A stretch of 64,000 nucleotides of DNA from Candidatus Woesearchaeota archaeon. Lineage in GTDB: Archaea; Nanobdellota; Nanobdellia; Woesearchaeales; 0-14-0-80-44-23. Shown here in pieces: positions 48,300 to 57,957 of this stretch (the stretch's first letter is position 1; every line of letters begins with the position of its first letter). The stretch spans positions 1-64,000 of the forward strand of contig JAVZCZ010000001.1 in assembly GCA_038874135.1 (NCBI GenBank). Reading direction: 5' to 3'. The notes beneath the pieces were generated by a model that worked only from the letters and a program-made list of their open reading frames with translations, did not search any database and was not told the DNA's origin. The position numbers and the translations under genes are program-made.

Positions 48300-49343
48300 A
48301 TGAACAAGGAGATACTGCTCTGCGTTGAGCTTCTTAAGAATGAACCGGACGAGCATTTCATAAGAAGAACTTTAAAATCTTTGGATAGGAATGAATTCTT
48401 ATTAGTGGCTTCAGCGTTTCCTGTTGATCAGCTGCTAATATCGGCTGAGCGTCTACGCTTGAATGCTCTGAAGGGCAAGCTGCTCCAGCTTCTGGCAGGA
48501 AATATGCTTATTCGTCGTAACTTTGAGGATTTGCTCTTAAAACTTGTCAGAAAGTTCAATCGTGAGGGGATAGATTTTATTCTATTGAAGGGCTTCGCAT
48601 TTCCAGAGCTTGTTGGGTTTAGGACCACTTCTGACATAGACTTCCTTGTAAAAAAGGATTCGTGGAAGAGGTGTCTTGAGACGCTTAATTCGTTCGGATT
48701 TTATGCCCATTCCAAACATTCGCTGCAGTATTATAATTCTTTTCTCAACGAGGTTACACTGGTCTTTAAGCCTAATCCTGCGCTAAAGGTTGAGCCGCAC
48801 TTGGGTATAGTTCAACCATTTTCACCATTCAGCATAAATAATGCATCCCTGTGGAAGCATTCTAAGCTCAGCTCAATAAGGGGGCATCCCGTCAGAGTTC
48901 TGTGTGATGAGCACACGCTGATACACCTTTCAATTCACGCTCTATACCAGCCGGCTTCCATACTTCCACTTAGGGACATATATGTTATACATAAGATGAT
49001 AAGCACGAGGAGTATAAACTGGAATTTTCTTATCAGGGAAGCTCGCAGCTGGAAAGCTCACAACTTTGTGTATTCTGCACTAATCATTTCTAAGAAGTAT
49101 TTCGGTACGCCAGTACCTCAGCGGGCTCTTGACCTTCTTAGAAGGAGAGGATTTCAGCTTTTCTTAATCTGGGCTTTCTCGTCTCTTAGGCTTAGGCGTA
49201 GGCGCCTGGCAGCTTATGACTCTTTGGATTTCTTTTACGAGTTTTTTCTTGCAGACATTTCGGGTAAGATTGGAATATTGCGAAGGAGCTTTTACTCTTT
49301 CACTTACGAGCTTGGACTTTTTCATAAGCGAGACGCATTGTAG
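48300..49343 (+). CDS. Uncharacterised nucleotidyltransferase (NTP_transf_5-like)
   Basis: ILLKG, FRTTSDIDFLV, VEPH, HLSIH, LRDI, INW motifs. Confidence 0.82.
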   Translation: MNKEILLCVELLKNEPDEHFIRRTLKSLDRNEFLLVASAFPVDQLLISAERLRLNALKGKLLQLLAGNMLIRRNFEDLLLKLVRKFNREGIDFILLKGFAFPELVGFRTTSDIDFLVKKDSWKRCLETLNSFGFYAHSKHSLQYYNSFLNEVTLVFKPNPALKVEPHLGIVQPFSPFSINNASLWKHSKLSSIRGHPVRVLCDEHTLIHLSIHALYQPASILPLRDIYVIHKMISTRSINWNFLIREARSWKAHNFVYSALIISKKYFGTPVPQRALDLLRRRGFQLFLIWAFSSLRLRRRRLAAYDSLDFFYEFFLADISGKIGILRRSFYSFTYELGLFHKRDAL

Positions 49344-49348
49344 GAGCA

Positions 49349-51814
49349 TTATTGCGCACTGAGAACCCTACTCTGGTGTCCCTGTTTTACTATTCTTATC
49401 ACATTTTCCACGAAGCTCTCTATTTTAGGCTCGTGGCTTACCAGGATTACCTGTTTTAGTTTCAGCTGTTCCAGCACTTCTCTTACCCTGTCCAGCTGTT
49501 CTGAGGAGAATCCGTCTGTTGGCTCATCAAGTATTATTATATTTCTTGTTTTGATACTTCCAGCCATATCATTTATTACCCTGTTTAGCGCCAGCCTGTA
49601 AGCTAGGGCAACAGCGGTTTTTTCTCCTCCTGAAAGGTTTTCCACGCTTGTGTCATGTCCGTCCTGCGTAACTATGGGCGTGAAGTCTTCATCTATCCTG
49701 GCACTCATAGCTTCTTCTTCCATCAGTGCTGAGAACCACTCTTCAAAGAGCTTTCCAAATTCGTAGTGTATTGAGCTCATCACCTGCTTCTCCATTGCCG
49801 CCATCAGCTCGGTGAATTTATTTGAGAGCATGTCTTCAATTTCAGAGTAGAATTTCATCTTCTTTTTGTCATTAGATTTCTCTTTAATTTCAGCTGATAT
49901 TCTTCTGATTCGCTCCTCTTTAATGCGAACCTCGCTGGTTAGTGCTGCAGAGAGTGCTTCCAGTCCTTTCTCCTCCTTTGCAAGCGCGTCCCTTCTCTGC
50001 CTAGCATTCTCGTATTCCTTGTCATCTATCTTTATCTTTGCGAGCTGTTTTTCTGCTGAGAGCTTTTTTGTATTGAGCTCTGCTACGAGCTTCTTCAGCT
50101 TGGAATACTCCTCTTCAACTGAGGATAAAAGCTGCTTCTCCCTGCTCAGCTGTTCGGAGAGCCTTTTGAGCTCCTCAATTTTTTTGTTAGCTTCCCTAGC
50201 CATCCTGAGAGTTTCTCTCTTTTTCTCCTCTTCTTCTCTTATCTGGGCTGCTTTTCTTTTTAGCTCTTCAAAGTTTTTGATTTCGGCGAGTTCTGTCCTG
50301 ACTTTGGCTAATAATTCCTTTTTCTTGTTGAGTTCTGAGAGCCGTACTTCTATGGCTTCTATCTCGGCTTTCAACACCATGGCTCTTGACTCGGCTTCTG
50401 CTTTTTTTGAAATCTTTCTCTTCAATTCTGCAATCTCTTGAAGAAGTTCTGTCCCGCGCATTTGTAGGGCTGCAACTTCTTCTTCAATTTTTGATATTCT
50501 TATTTTTTCTTCACTCGTCATATGCTCTCTATACTCATGACTTATTCCCTGTTTGCAGAGGGGACACCTGTCATTCTTTGCAATTTCAGATATTATCTTT
50601 TCAGCTTCTGATTTTTGGCTTAGGAGCGCCGCCTTTCTTTCAGATACCCTTCTGAGTTCTTCCTCTAATGCTTCTTCTCTCTTTTCAATTTCCAAACGGG
50701 ATTCTCCCGTAATTGTGCCTTCCAGTTCCTTCCTCTTTTCTGAGAGCTTCTCTGAGAGGGCTTCAGCATTTTCAACTTCCAACTTTAGCTCCTGCTCCCT
50801 TTTCACAAGCTGTGCAGCCCTTTCAGAATTCTTTTCCAGCTCCCTTTCTAAGGCTTCCCTCTCTCTGCTCAGAAGTTCAAGCTCTCTTTCCAGAGCTGCC
50901 TCATCCTTAGGTTCGCTCTTCGGAATTTCAGATATCTTCTTTTGAAGGGCTTCTATCTCTTCTTTTATCTCTTCACTTCTTTTCTTTTTTGCCAGGTGTT
51001 GTGCAGCGTTCTCTCTTATTTGCTCCTCGTATATTCTTATTGCAGCAAGGAGTTCTGCCGCTGTCTTCCTGCGCTCTTCTATGTTCAGGAGCGCCCTTTC
51101 AGCTTCCTGAATCTCTTTTGCTTTACTCTCAATCTCAGCCCTGAGTTGTACAAGCTTCTGCTTAGCCTCTTGGACATCTCCTTTCAGTTCAGCTTCTTCT
51201 TTTAGCTTTTCTTCAAGGTCACTTATCTTAGCTTCTAAAGCCCTTACAGCTTCCCTGAGGGAGCTGGCAATAAGCATTGCGTTCGCTCTTATCGTTCCGT
51301 ACTTTTCAATTCCGAATATCTTTCTCAGGATTTTCAAGCGGTCCTCTCGCCCTTCAAAGAGTATCCTCTTCATCTCTTCCTGAGGAGTATACACTGTGTA
51401 TCTGTAGAGTGAGATGCTCTTCTTTTTCAGGTATTCTTCAGGGTATCCCAGAATTTGAAGCACTGCGGCTTTGAGCTCTTCTGCACTCTTCTCGCTTTTT
51501 AATCCGTCAATTGTGATGCTTCCCGGCGGCTGTAATATTGAGTCCTTTCCCCTTTTCAGATTCCTCTTTATTATTATCTCTTTTCCCTCAACTTCAATGC
51601 AGAGCTCAACTGAGCCATTCTGCTTTCCATTTCTCAAAAGTGTATCTCCCGAAATCTCGTTTGTGAATCCGAAAAGTGCGAATTCTACTGCTAATAGGAT
51701 TGTGCTCTTTCCCGCGCCTATGTCCCCGCTGAGCAGGGTGGAGCCTTCTGAGAATCTTATCTCTTCAGATAGGTAGCTTCTTATGTTCTTCAGCCGCACC
51801 CACTTTATTATCAT
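49349..51814 (-). CDS. rad50: Rad50/SbcC-like SMC ATPase
   Basis: Walker A GDIGAGKS, Q-loop YTPQ, coiled coil with CPLC zinc hook, LSGGE, ILDEPT, VSH. Confidence 0.9.
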   Translation of the reverse strand: MIIKWVRLKNIRSYLSEEIRFSEGSTLLSGDIGAGKSTILLAVEFALFGFTNEISGDTLLRNGKQNGSVELCIEVEGKEIIIKRNLKRGKDSILQPPGSITIDGLKSEKSAEELKAAVLQILGYPEEYLKKKSISLYRYTVYTPQEEMKRILFEGREDRLKILRKIFGIEKYGTIRANAMLIASSLREAVRALEAKISDLEEKLKEEAELKGDVQEAKQKLVQLRAEIESKAKEIQEAERALLNIEERRKTAAELLAAIRIYEEQIRENAAQHLAKKKRSEEIKEEIEALQKKISEIPKSEPKDEAALERELELLSREREALERELEKNSERAAQLVKREQELKLEVENAEALSEKLSEKRKELEGTITGESRLEIEKREEALEEELRRVSERKAALLSQKSEAEKIISEIAKNDRCPLCKQGISHEYREHMTSEEKIRISKIEEEVAALQMRGTELLQEIAELKRKISKKAEAESRAMVLKAEIEAIEVRLSELNKKKELLAKVRTELAEIKNFEELKRKAAQIREEEEKKRETLRMAREANKKIEELKRLSEQLSREKQLLSSVEEEYSKLKKLVAELNTKKLSAEKQLAKIKIDDKEYENARQRRDALAKEEKGLEALSAALTSEVRIKEERIRRISAEIKEKSNDKKKMKFYSEIEDMLSNKFTELMAAMEKQVMSSIHYEFGKLFEEWFSALMEEEAMSARIDEDFTPIVTQDGHDTSVENLSGGEKTAVALAYRLALNRVINDMAGSIKTRNIIILDEPTDGFSSEQLDRVREVLEQLKLKQVILVSHEPKIESFVENVIRIVKQGHQSRVLSAQ

Positions 51815-51925
51815 GCAATTTAGAGTATACAGCCCTCCTTAAATAATTTTGGCAATTAAGGCTTTTTCAAATTTTCTTACAAATCCTGCGACACTTTTTT
51901 AAAGCGGCTTTTCCTATCCGGGCTT

Positions 51926-52684
51926 ATGCTCTTGCTGAGTTCCGGAAGGGAGAGTGCAGAAGCTCTCGGGAAGTGTCTCATAATCAGGAGTGGCGGTTCA
52001 AAGGCATTAGTACTTTCAGACCTTCACATAGGATATGAGGAGTCATTCTCTGAAAGGGGAGCGATGGTTCAGAGGTTCCAACTAGAAGATTTCAAGACGG
52101 AGCTCTCAGAAGTTTTTAAGAGGACCGGCAGGCCTAAGCTTACAATTATTGCAGGCGACTTGAAGCACGAGTTTGGAAGAATATCCAGGCAGGAGTGGCG
52201 GGAATCCTTAGAAGTGCTGGATTTCCTATCAGCACATTCGGAGAGGGTTGTGCTGGTACGGGGTAACCATGACAATGTTTTGGGCCCTATAGCTTCTAGG
52301 AAGGACCTCGGCGTTGTTGAAGAGTTCAAGCTGGGCGGCTTTTTGATAATTCACGGGCATAAAATTCCCATGTCAGAATCTCTTAGAAGAATTCACACCA
52401 TAATTATTGGGCACGAGCATCCTGCCATCACGATTAGCGACGGAGTGCGCTCAGAGCCGTTTAAGTGCTTCCTGGTTGGGAGGACTGGAAGGTTCAACCT
52501 GATTGTTCTGCCATCCTTCTCGCAAATCTATGAGGGAACAGATGTTAGAGGGGCAAGCTTTCTGAGTCCCATGCTTAAGAATTCCGATTTGGGGAGCTTT
52601 CGCGTTGTTGCCTGCGGCCCTTCCCTGTCCAATTACGATTTTGGAAGGCTGTCCAGGCTTGAAGCAATCTTTGGAAATGAGTAA
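51926..52684 (+). CDS. Metallophosphoesterase (ICC-like / PdeM-MPE family)
   Basis: SDLHIG, GDLKH, RGNHD, HGH, GHEHP, VLPSF. Confidence 0.88.
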   Translation: MLLLSSGRESAEALGKCLIIRSGGSKALVLSDLHIGYEESFSERGAMVQRFQLEDFKTELSEVFKRTGRPKLTIIAGDLKHEFGRISRQEWRESLEVLDFLSAHSERVVLVRGNHDNVLGPIASRKDLGVVEEFKLGGFLIIHGHKIPMSESLRRIHTIIIGHEHPAITISDGVRSEPFKCFLVGRTGRFNLIVLPSFSQIYEGTDVRGASFLSPMLKNSDLGSFRVVACGPSLSNYDFGRLSRLEAIFGNE

Positions 52685-52766
52685 CTGAACATGCTGTGAG
52701 GATTCAAAACTTTTTTTAATTAGAATTTTGTTTCCCATCTTTGAAAAATGATTTTGGCGATTTCCG

Positions 52767-53447
52767 ATGGAGCAAAAACTTAATGATTCAGATGCAAATG
52801 AGAATGCAATGTTTTCAATGTCTTTTCAGTTTGGAGAGGAAATAAGCCGCGGGGCTGAAGCAGTACTATACAGGAGAGGAGACTCTGTAATTAAGTTTAG
52901 ACATAAGAAGGGTTACAGGATTTCTGAAATTGATTCTGAGCTAAGGACTTCCAGAACGAGAAGGGAAGTCAGGATAATGCGCAAGGTTTCTAAACTTGGC
53001 ATTCCCTCTCCGAGGATAATCTCAGAGGACGAACAGCAATGCTTCTTTGAGATGGAATTTATTGAAGGAGAAAAACTGAGGGATATACTTAAAAAGGATA
53101 ACTATTTAGAATTCTGCACCCAGCTTGGAAGGATAATAGCAGGACTGCACTCTGCGGACATAATCCACAACGACCTTACCACTTCTAACATGATAATCAG
53201 GAGCGGAAAGCTTCACATAATTGACTTTGGACTCTCCTTCCATTCTAAGAGGGTAGAGGACAAGGCAGTTGACCTTCACCTATTAAGACAGGCCCTTGAG
53301 AGTAAGCATCAGGAGCTCTGGGAGGAAGCCTACTCTGCAGTTCTTGAATCCTACAAGAAGCACTATTCAGATGCTGAGAGTGTTCTGAAACGATTGGAAG
53401 TTGTTGAGGGAAGGGGCCGCTATAAGAAGAAGGGTGGCAGGCGCTAA
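52767..53447 (+). CDS. bud32: KEOPS kinase Bud32
   Basis: GAEA, KGYR...RTRRE, IHNDLTTSN, IDFGL, VEDKAVDL, RGRY. Confidence 0.94.
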   Translation: MEQKLNDSDANENAMFSMSFQFGEEISRGAEAVLYRRGDSVIKFRHKKGYRISEIDSELRTSRTRREVRIMRKVSKLGIPSPRIISEDEQQCFFEMEFIEGEKLRDILKKDNYLEFCTQLGRIIAGLHSADIIHNDLTTSNMIIRSGKLHIIDFGLSFHSKRVEDKAVDLHLLRQALESKHQELWEEAYSAVLESYKKHYSDAESVLKRLEVVEGRGRYKKKGGRR

Positions 53448-53572
53448 AATTTTAGTTCAAAAAGATAGAAGTTAAATAATTAATCAGCTTCTTGTTCAGA
53501 ATAAAATTTTAAGTAAAAATTTTAAGTAATAGAATTGAGTAGGAAAAATGTATTGGGCAAAATAAGCTTGTT

Positions 53573-53767
53573 TCAGTGTTTTAGTCCTGAGAGCCCGCGC
53601 TTTCCCGGCTTCTGCCAGCTGTATTTTCTAATCTTCTTGCTGGCTCCGAAGCCGCAGTGAGCGCATATCTTCGTGGTTATGTCCATGGATATTCTGCCGC
53701 ACCTTCTGCATCTTATGTGGTTCTTCTTGCCGGACCTTTTTCCATGGCTCGCAGTTCCTTTAACCAT
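53573..53767 (-). CDS. rpl37e: 50S ribosomal protein eL37
   Basis: KGTASHGKR...HIRCRRCG...CAHCGFG. Confidence 0.96.
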   Translation of the reverse strand: MVKGTASHGKRSGKKNHIRCRRCGRISMDITTKICAHCGFGASKKIRKYSWQKPGKRGLSGLKH

Positions 53768-53804
53768 CTAAGCATACCTCTTATTTTTTGCAAATGTTCC
53801 GGTT

Positions 53805-54041
53805 TTACTCTGGGGATATTGTTGTGATGGTGTCCCCTCTCAGGAATATGACTCCCATCTTTTTTGTTATCTCGCCGTTAACCCTTTCTTCTGCTTCTTC
53901 CAGAACTGTATTGATGTGAATGTCAAATGCTGAGAGCTTTCCAACATACTGCTTGCCATTCTTCAGCTCAACTATTACTCTCTTGTTGCGTGCCTTGTTC
54001 AACGCATCTAAAGGTCTTGAATTTTCCATTTTCGATTTCAC
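53805..54041 (-). CDS. Sm-like protein (SmAP/Lsm)
   Basis: RPLDAL, VELKNG...GKLSAFDIHIN, LRGD; sm-rpl37e pairing. Confidence 0.94.
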   Translation of the reverse strand: MKSKMENSRPLDALNKARNKRVIVELKNGKQYVGKLSAFDIHINTVLEEAEERVNGEITKKMGVIFLRGDTITTISPE

Positions 54042-54223
54042 CCCGAAACAAAAAACTAATTATGAAGCGTGGAAAACAACCCATATTTAAATCTTTGCTT
54101 CTAATTCTTAGATTTTCACTTCCTTATTTTATTTGGCAACTGGGGCTTGCATCATCCCGGGAGATGCGGCTGAAGAGCAAAATATTTAAAAAAACACTCA
54201 CACGAATACTTATAAATACAATA

Positions 54224-54271
54224 CAAACAATACAATATTATATAATTCAAACAATACAATATTATATAATT
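54224..54271. repeat. Perfect 24-bp tandem duplication, AT-rich
   Basis: CAAACAATACAATATTATATAATT x2 (54224-54247, 54248-54271), preceded by a partial copy. Confidence 0.9.
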
Positions 54272-54322
54272 TAGATGCTAAGAAACTGGGCATATACAGT
54301 TTTTAGCTTTGGAGGCGAAATC

Positions 54323-55213
54323 ATGTTCGGGAAAAAGCAGCAGGATTTTGAGCCGAAAAGGCCTAAGGAGTCAATCTCTTCCAGGGCTGGAAGGAATCCT
54401 TTCTTGCGGTTCATACTAACATTTCTTAAGAGCTGGAATCCAGATGCTTATTCCAAGCTTGGAAGCAAACCAATTCGGGAATCTTTAGGATACTTTTTTG
54501 TCCTGCTGGCAGTTTCAATACTTGTCGGGTTTTCTTTTTTCATTCCAAAGCTCCTTTCCAGCTCAGGTCCTATTGAGGGCTTTCTCTCACAGTTTTCAGC
54601 ACTTTCAATTCAGGCATCTGCACAGAATCCGGCAGATTTTAACTTCGGAATAAGGTTTAGGATGAGCACTGCGCCTAAGTCACAACCTTCTAATGTTGGC
54701 TTGAATGTTTCAAACTCTTCTCAGAAGCAATCTGATTATCTTGAAGGATCAGACCTTGTGCTTTCTCCCAGCGGGCTCTACGCTAAAAGGCTTTCCTGCC
54801 TCATCTTTAGTCCTTCCTGCTTTTTCGGCAATGCTCCAGTCAAGATTGGCGGGGAAGGATTTTTTGATGTTTTAAAGTATAAAGCTGAATATGCCCGGAT
54901 TATGAAGTTGGCAATTCTGCTCATGCTTCCTTCAATTTTTATAGTTTTGTTTGCAGGGCTCTCAGTAAAGTTTTTGGCGCTTTCTCTGATTGCTTCCATG
55001 TTGTTATATTTAATCTTCAAATTTTTGAAGCACAACCTCTCTTTCAGGGCAGTTCTATCATCTTCCATCTATGCACTAACCCCGCTGGTCGTTTTGAATG
55101 TGCTTAACATATTTCTCAGCTTTCTTTCAGGATGGTTGGAATTAATTCCGTATCTCCTGTATGCGGTTCTTCTTATAAGCGGCCTGCTTATGCGAGAGGA
55201 GGATGTGTTTTGA
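54323..55213 (+). CDS. Multi-pass membrane protein (DUF1189/Yip1-like); likely start 54323
   Basis: GGAGG SD; N-terminal TM, extracellular loop, C-terminal TMs with SIYALTP. Confidence 0.7.
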   Translation: MFGKKQQDFEPKRPKESISSRAGRNPFLRFILTFLKSWNPDAYSKLGSKPIRESLGYFFVLLAVSILVGFSFFIPKLLSSSGPIEGFLSQFSALSIQASAQNPADFNFGIRFRMSTAPKSQPSNVGLNVSNSSQKQSDYLEGSDLVLSPSGLYAKRLSCLIFSPSCFFGNAPVKIGGEGFFDVLKYKAEYARIMKLAILLMLPSIFIVLFAGLSVKFLALSLIASMLLYLIFKFLKHNLSFRAVLSSSIYALTPLVVLNVLNIFLSFLSGWLELIPYLLYAVLLISGLLMREEDVF

Positions 55214-55599
55214 GGCAGCATTATAACTGGCTTCTCGCATTAAGCTTTGCTTTGCTACTTATTATGTGCGTGTGGCTAATTATCGGTTCTAAGATTACTG
55301 GGATGAGCATTTCTGAATACTTTGTTTCAGAGGGAGAATACGCTTCGGTAGGCATCTTGATTTGCGGGCTGCTGATTGCTCTCATCCTTGCGGTTAGAGA
55401 AAGCGCGTTGGAGGGAATTATTGATTCAGAGCCGCCGTTTAACTTGTGGACTCCCAAATTTGAATTGAGCCGAAATAGGGTGGAACGCTCAAATCACACT
55501 ATAAGAAGTCAGCATGGGAAGAACAAGCACTCTCACACCACTCTTAAACTTCAAGAATCAGAGAGTGTTATAGAGAGGGAGTTTCAGGAGAAGCGTTAG
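55210..55599 (+). CDS. Small two-TM membrane protein (TTG start overlapping the upstream TGA)
   Basis: GGAGGA SD, TTGA overlap, two hydrophobic segments. Confidence 0.6.
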   Translation: MRQHYNWLLALSFALLLIMCVWLIIGSKITGMSISEYFVSEGEYASVGILICGLLIALILAVRESALEGIIDSEPPFNLWTPKFELSRNRVERSNHTIRSQHGKNKHSHTTLKLQESESVIEREFQEKR

Positions 55600-55604
55600 C
55601 CTTT

Positions 55605-56930
55605 TTACCCGGTTGCGTATATCCTGTCCACTTCTTTTAATCTTTTTTCAACATTTTTATAGAATTCCTCACTGGGTATGCCGCTGTAACCGAACAGAAG
55701 CCCTTTCTGAGGTTTTCCTGTTTTTATAAAGTTTATATGCGCTTCTATTGCGCTTATGTTTTCTTCTTGTACTTGGAGAAACCTTCGCTGTGAGCAGTCT
55801 GCAATGTTTTCTGCTGAATTTGCTATTGCTCTTATGAAACCAAGAATTTCATCTTCACTTAAAAGGTTTGGCATTAATCCTAATATGTTATTCGCAAGTT
55901 TTTCATCCATCCCTCCAGGATATATTGTTGGCACATACTTGTCAAGCGTGTCTATTGCGTCTATGAGATAAACACCAATTGCAGCGTCCATTCCATATTT
56001 GATTCCTGCAATTATTACTGCCAAGTCATCTGATACTCCCTTTCCGACCAGGTGCCTGACATAGCCGCTCCTTAGCATTGGAGTGCTCTCAACAGGTTTA
56101 TCTAATATTATTCCTAATTCGTTAAGCCTTTCAATATAATCTTCAAGGTAATTTGATGAGAGGAACTCTAATGTTAGTGATTTCTCCCCGTAGGGGCAGT
56201 AGAACCTCTTGCCAACCTTGCCTACAACTTCTTCTAATGGAGTGTTGCGCATTTTCTCATAATTTATCGGGAGACATTCGCCCCCGCCCATCTCAATCTC
56301 ATAAGGAGTGAACTTGTACCTCTGCATAACTCTTTTTCTTAGCTGAATGTTGTCCATTAAGCCTCCAAGGCAGATTCCCTTCAAAAATGCCACTAGATCC
56401 TTTACCACATAACCTTTTAGGAAGTTAGCTCCCATAAGCGGCTCTCTCTGAGAATTCACAAGTTCTAAACCCGTTTGTTGCTTAGAATACATTTCCCCGC
56501 TCCCTACCATTTTAATAAGGACGACTGCATTTTCTGCTGTGCTGTAAATCTCGTTTATCAGGTCTTCTCTCTTCTTTTTTATTTTCTCCTTATCAATGCC
56601 ATAGTAGCTTGCGAGCGCTTCAACCACATCTTCCATGCTGGCGTTTAGAAATATGTTGGTTGGTCCTTTATTGCTGCTGAAAAGTCCGTGCCCCTTTCTT
56701 GCGTGCCCTTCTACTGTTTGCATTAGTAATAAATCTTTGACTTCATCAGAAGTGCACAGCGTTATGTTTTCCCTGCAGTTTTCATAATCTCTTACTACTA
56801 CCTTGTTGAAGAAGGGGTTGGAAGTCGTATTGGTGTTGACATAATATTTAAGTCCAGAATTTGATTTTCTGAGCGTCACATAGGTTTCTTTGGGAATTAT
56901 GCTTGATATTCGTTTTGTTATCTTCTTCAT
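55605..56930 (-). CDS. Hypothetical soluble protein (ORF track starts at 56972)
   Basis: ~440-aa ORF; no recognised family. Confidence 0.7.
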   Translation of the reverse strand: MKKITKRISSIIPKETYVTLRKSNSGLKYYVNTNTTSNPFFNKVVVRDYENCRENITLCTSDEVKDLLLMQTVEGHARKGHGLFSSNKGPTNIFLNASMEDVVEALASYYGIDKEKIKKKREDLINEIYSTAENAVVLIKMVGSGEMYSKQQTGLELVNSQREPLMGANFLKGYVVKDLVAFLKGICLGGLMDNIQLRKRVMQRYKFTPYEIEMGGGECLPINYEKMRNTPLEEVVGKVGKRFYCPYGEKSLTLEFLSSNYLEDYIERLNELGIILDKPVESTPMLRSGYVRHLVGKGVSDDLAVIIAGIKYGMDAAIGVYLIDAIDTLDKYVPTIYPGGMDEKLANNILGLMPNLLSEDEILGFIRAIANSAENIADCSQRRFLQVQEENISAIEAHINFIKTGKPQKGLLFGYSGIPSEEFYKNVEKRLKEVDRIYATG

Positions 56931-57147
56931 GGATATCGCTCCATGCTCGCCTATTGCGACGCTCTTATTCACTGCAATCTATTTCTCGCCCTGCATTTGC
57001 TCCCGACGAGCACTTATTTAAAAATATATACAAATATTTAAACTTTTTGTTTATATTCACTATTATTAAGTTACTATCTTGTTGGCAAATTTTTTGGATA
57101 AAACTTTTAAACAAGCACATTCTAAGTTCTTCAAGGGGTGATACTGC

Positions 57148-57942
57148 TTGAAGGGTTCTCTTCACAAGATAGGAATAATCGGCGGCACTGTCACAATTGA
57201 TGAGTCAATGCTCAAAAATATAAGAAAAATCAAAGTAAGAACGCCATACGGAAGCCCTTCATCTCCAATACTCAGAGGCAAACTTGGAGAGAAAGAGGTT
57301 TTCATACTTAGAAGGCACGGGGAGAAGCACACAATAAATCCAAGCATGGTGAACTACAGGGCAAACCTGTGGGCGTTTAAGAAGCTGGGGGTAGCACAGG
57401 TAATAGGCGTCAATGCAGTTGGCTCGCTCTCAGAAGAATACATGCCTGGAGACATGGTTTTTCCAGACCAGTTTATAGATCTCACAAAATTTAGAAAGAA
57501 CACATTCTACGATGGAAAGAAAGTTTGTCACATCTCATCTGCAGATCCATTCTGCCCAGAACTTAGGAAGGTGCTCATAGGCTCAGCCTCAAAATTGAAG
57601 CTTCCACATCACGAAGCCGGAACCTGCGTAGTGATAGAAGGTCCTAGATTTTCAACGAGAGCGGAGTCAGGTGTTTTCAGAAGTTGGAACGCTCACATAA
57701 TCAACATGACAATGTTTCCTGAAGTAATTCTTGCCAGGGAGCTGGAGCTGTGCTATGCTAACATTTCAATGGTGACTGACTACGATGTATGGCGGGATCA
57801 TCCAGTGTCTAATGAGGAAGTAGTTCAGACGATGAAGAAAAACGCTGAAAAGGTCAGGAGACTGCTGCTTGAAGCAATTCCTAAGATTCCGAGAGAAAGA
57901 TTGTGCGCCTGTAAGAACGCTCTGAAAGGCGCGATGTTTTAA
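57148..57942 (+). CDS. mtnP: 5'-methylthioadenosine phosphorylase
   Basis: IGIIGG, TPYGSPS, RHG, NAVGSL, EGPRFSTRAES, MVTDYD. Confidence 0.93.
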   Translation: MKGSLHKIGIIGGTVTIDESMLKNIRKIKVRTPYGSPSSPILRGKLGEKEVFILRRHGEKHTINPSMVNYRANLWAFKKLGVAQVIGVNAVGSLSEEYMPGDMVFPDQFIDLTKFRKNTFYDGKKVCHISSADPFCPELRKVLIGSASKLKLPHHEAGTCVVIEGPRFSTRAESGVFRSWNAHIINMTMFPEVILARELELCYANISMVTDYDVWRDHPVSNEEVVQTMKKNAEKVRRLLLEAIPKIPRERLCACKNALKGAMF

Positions 57943-57957
57943 AAAAGAGGTGAAAGT

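Noticed and set aside
54224-54271. CRISPR array
   Set aside because: Two directly abutting copies with no spacers, and no cas genes.
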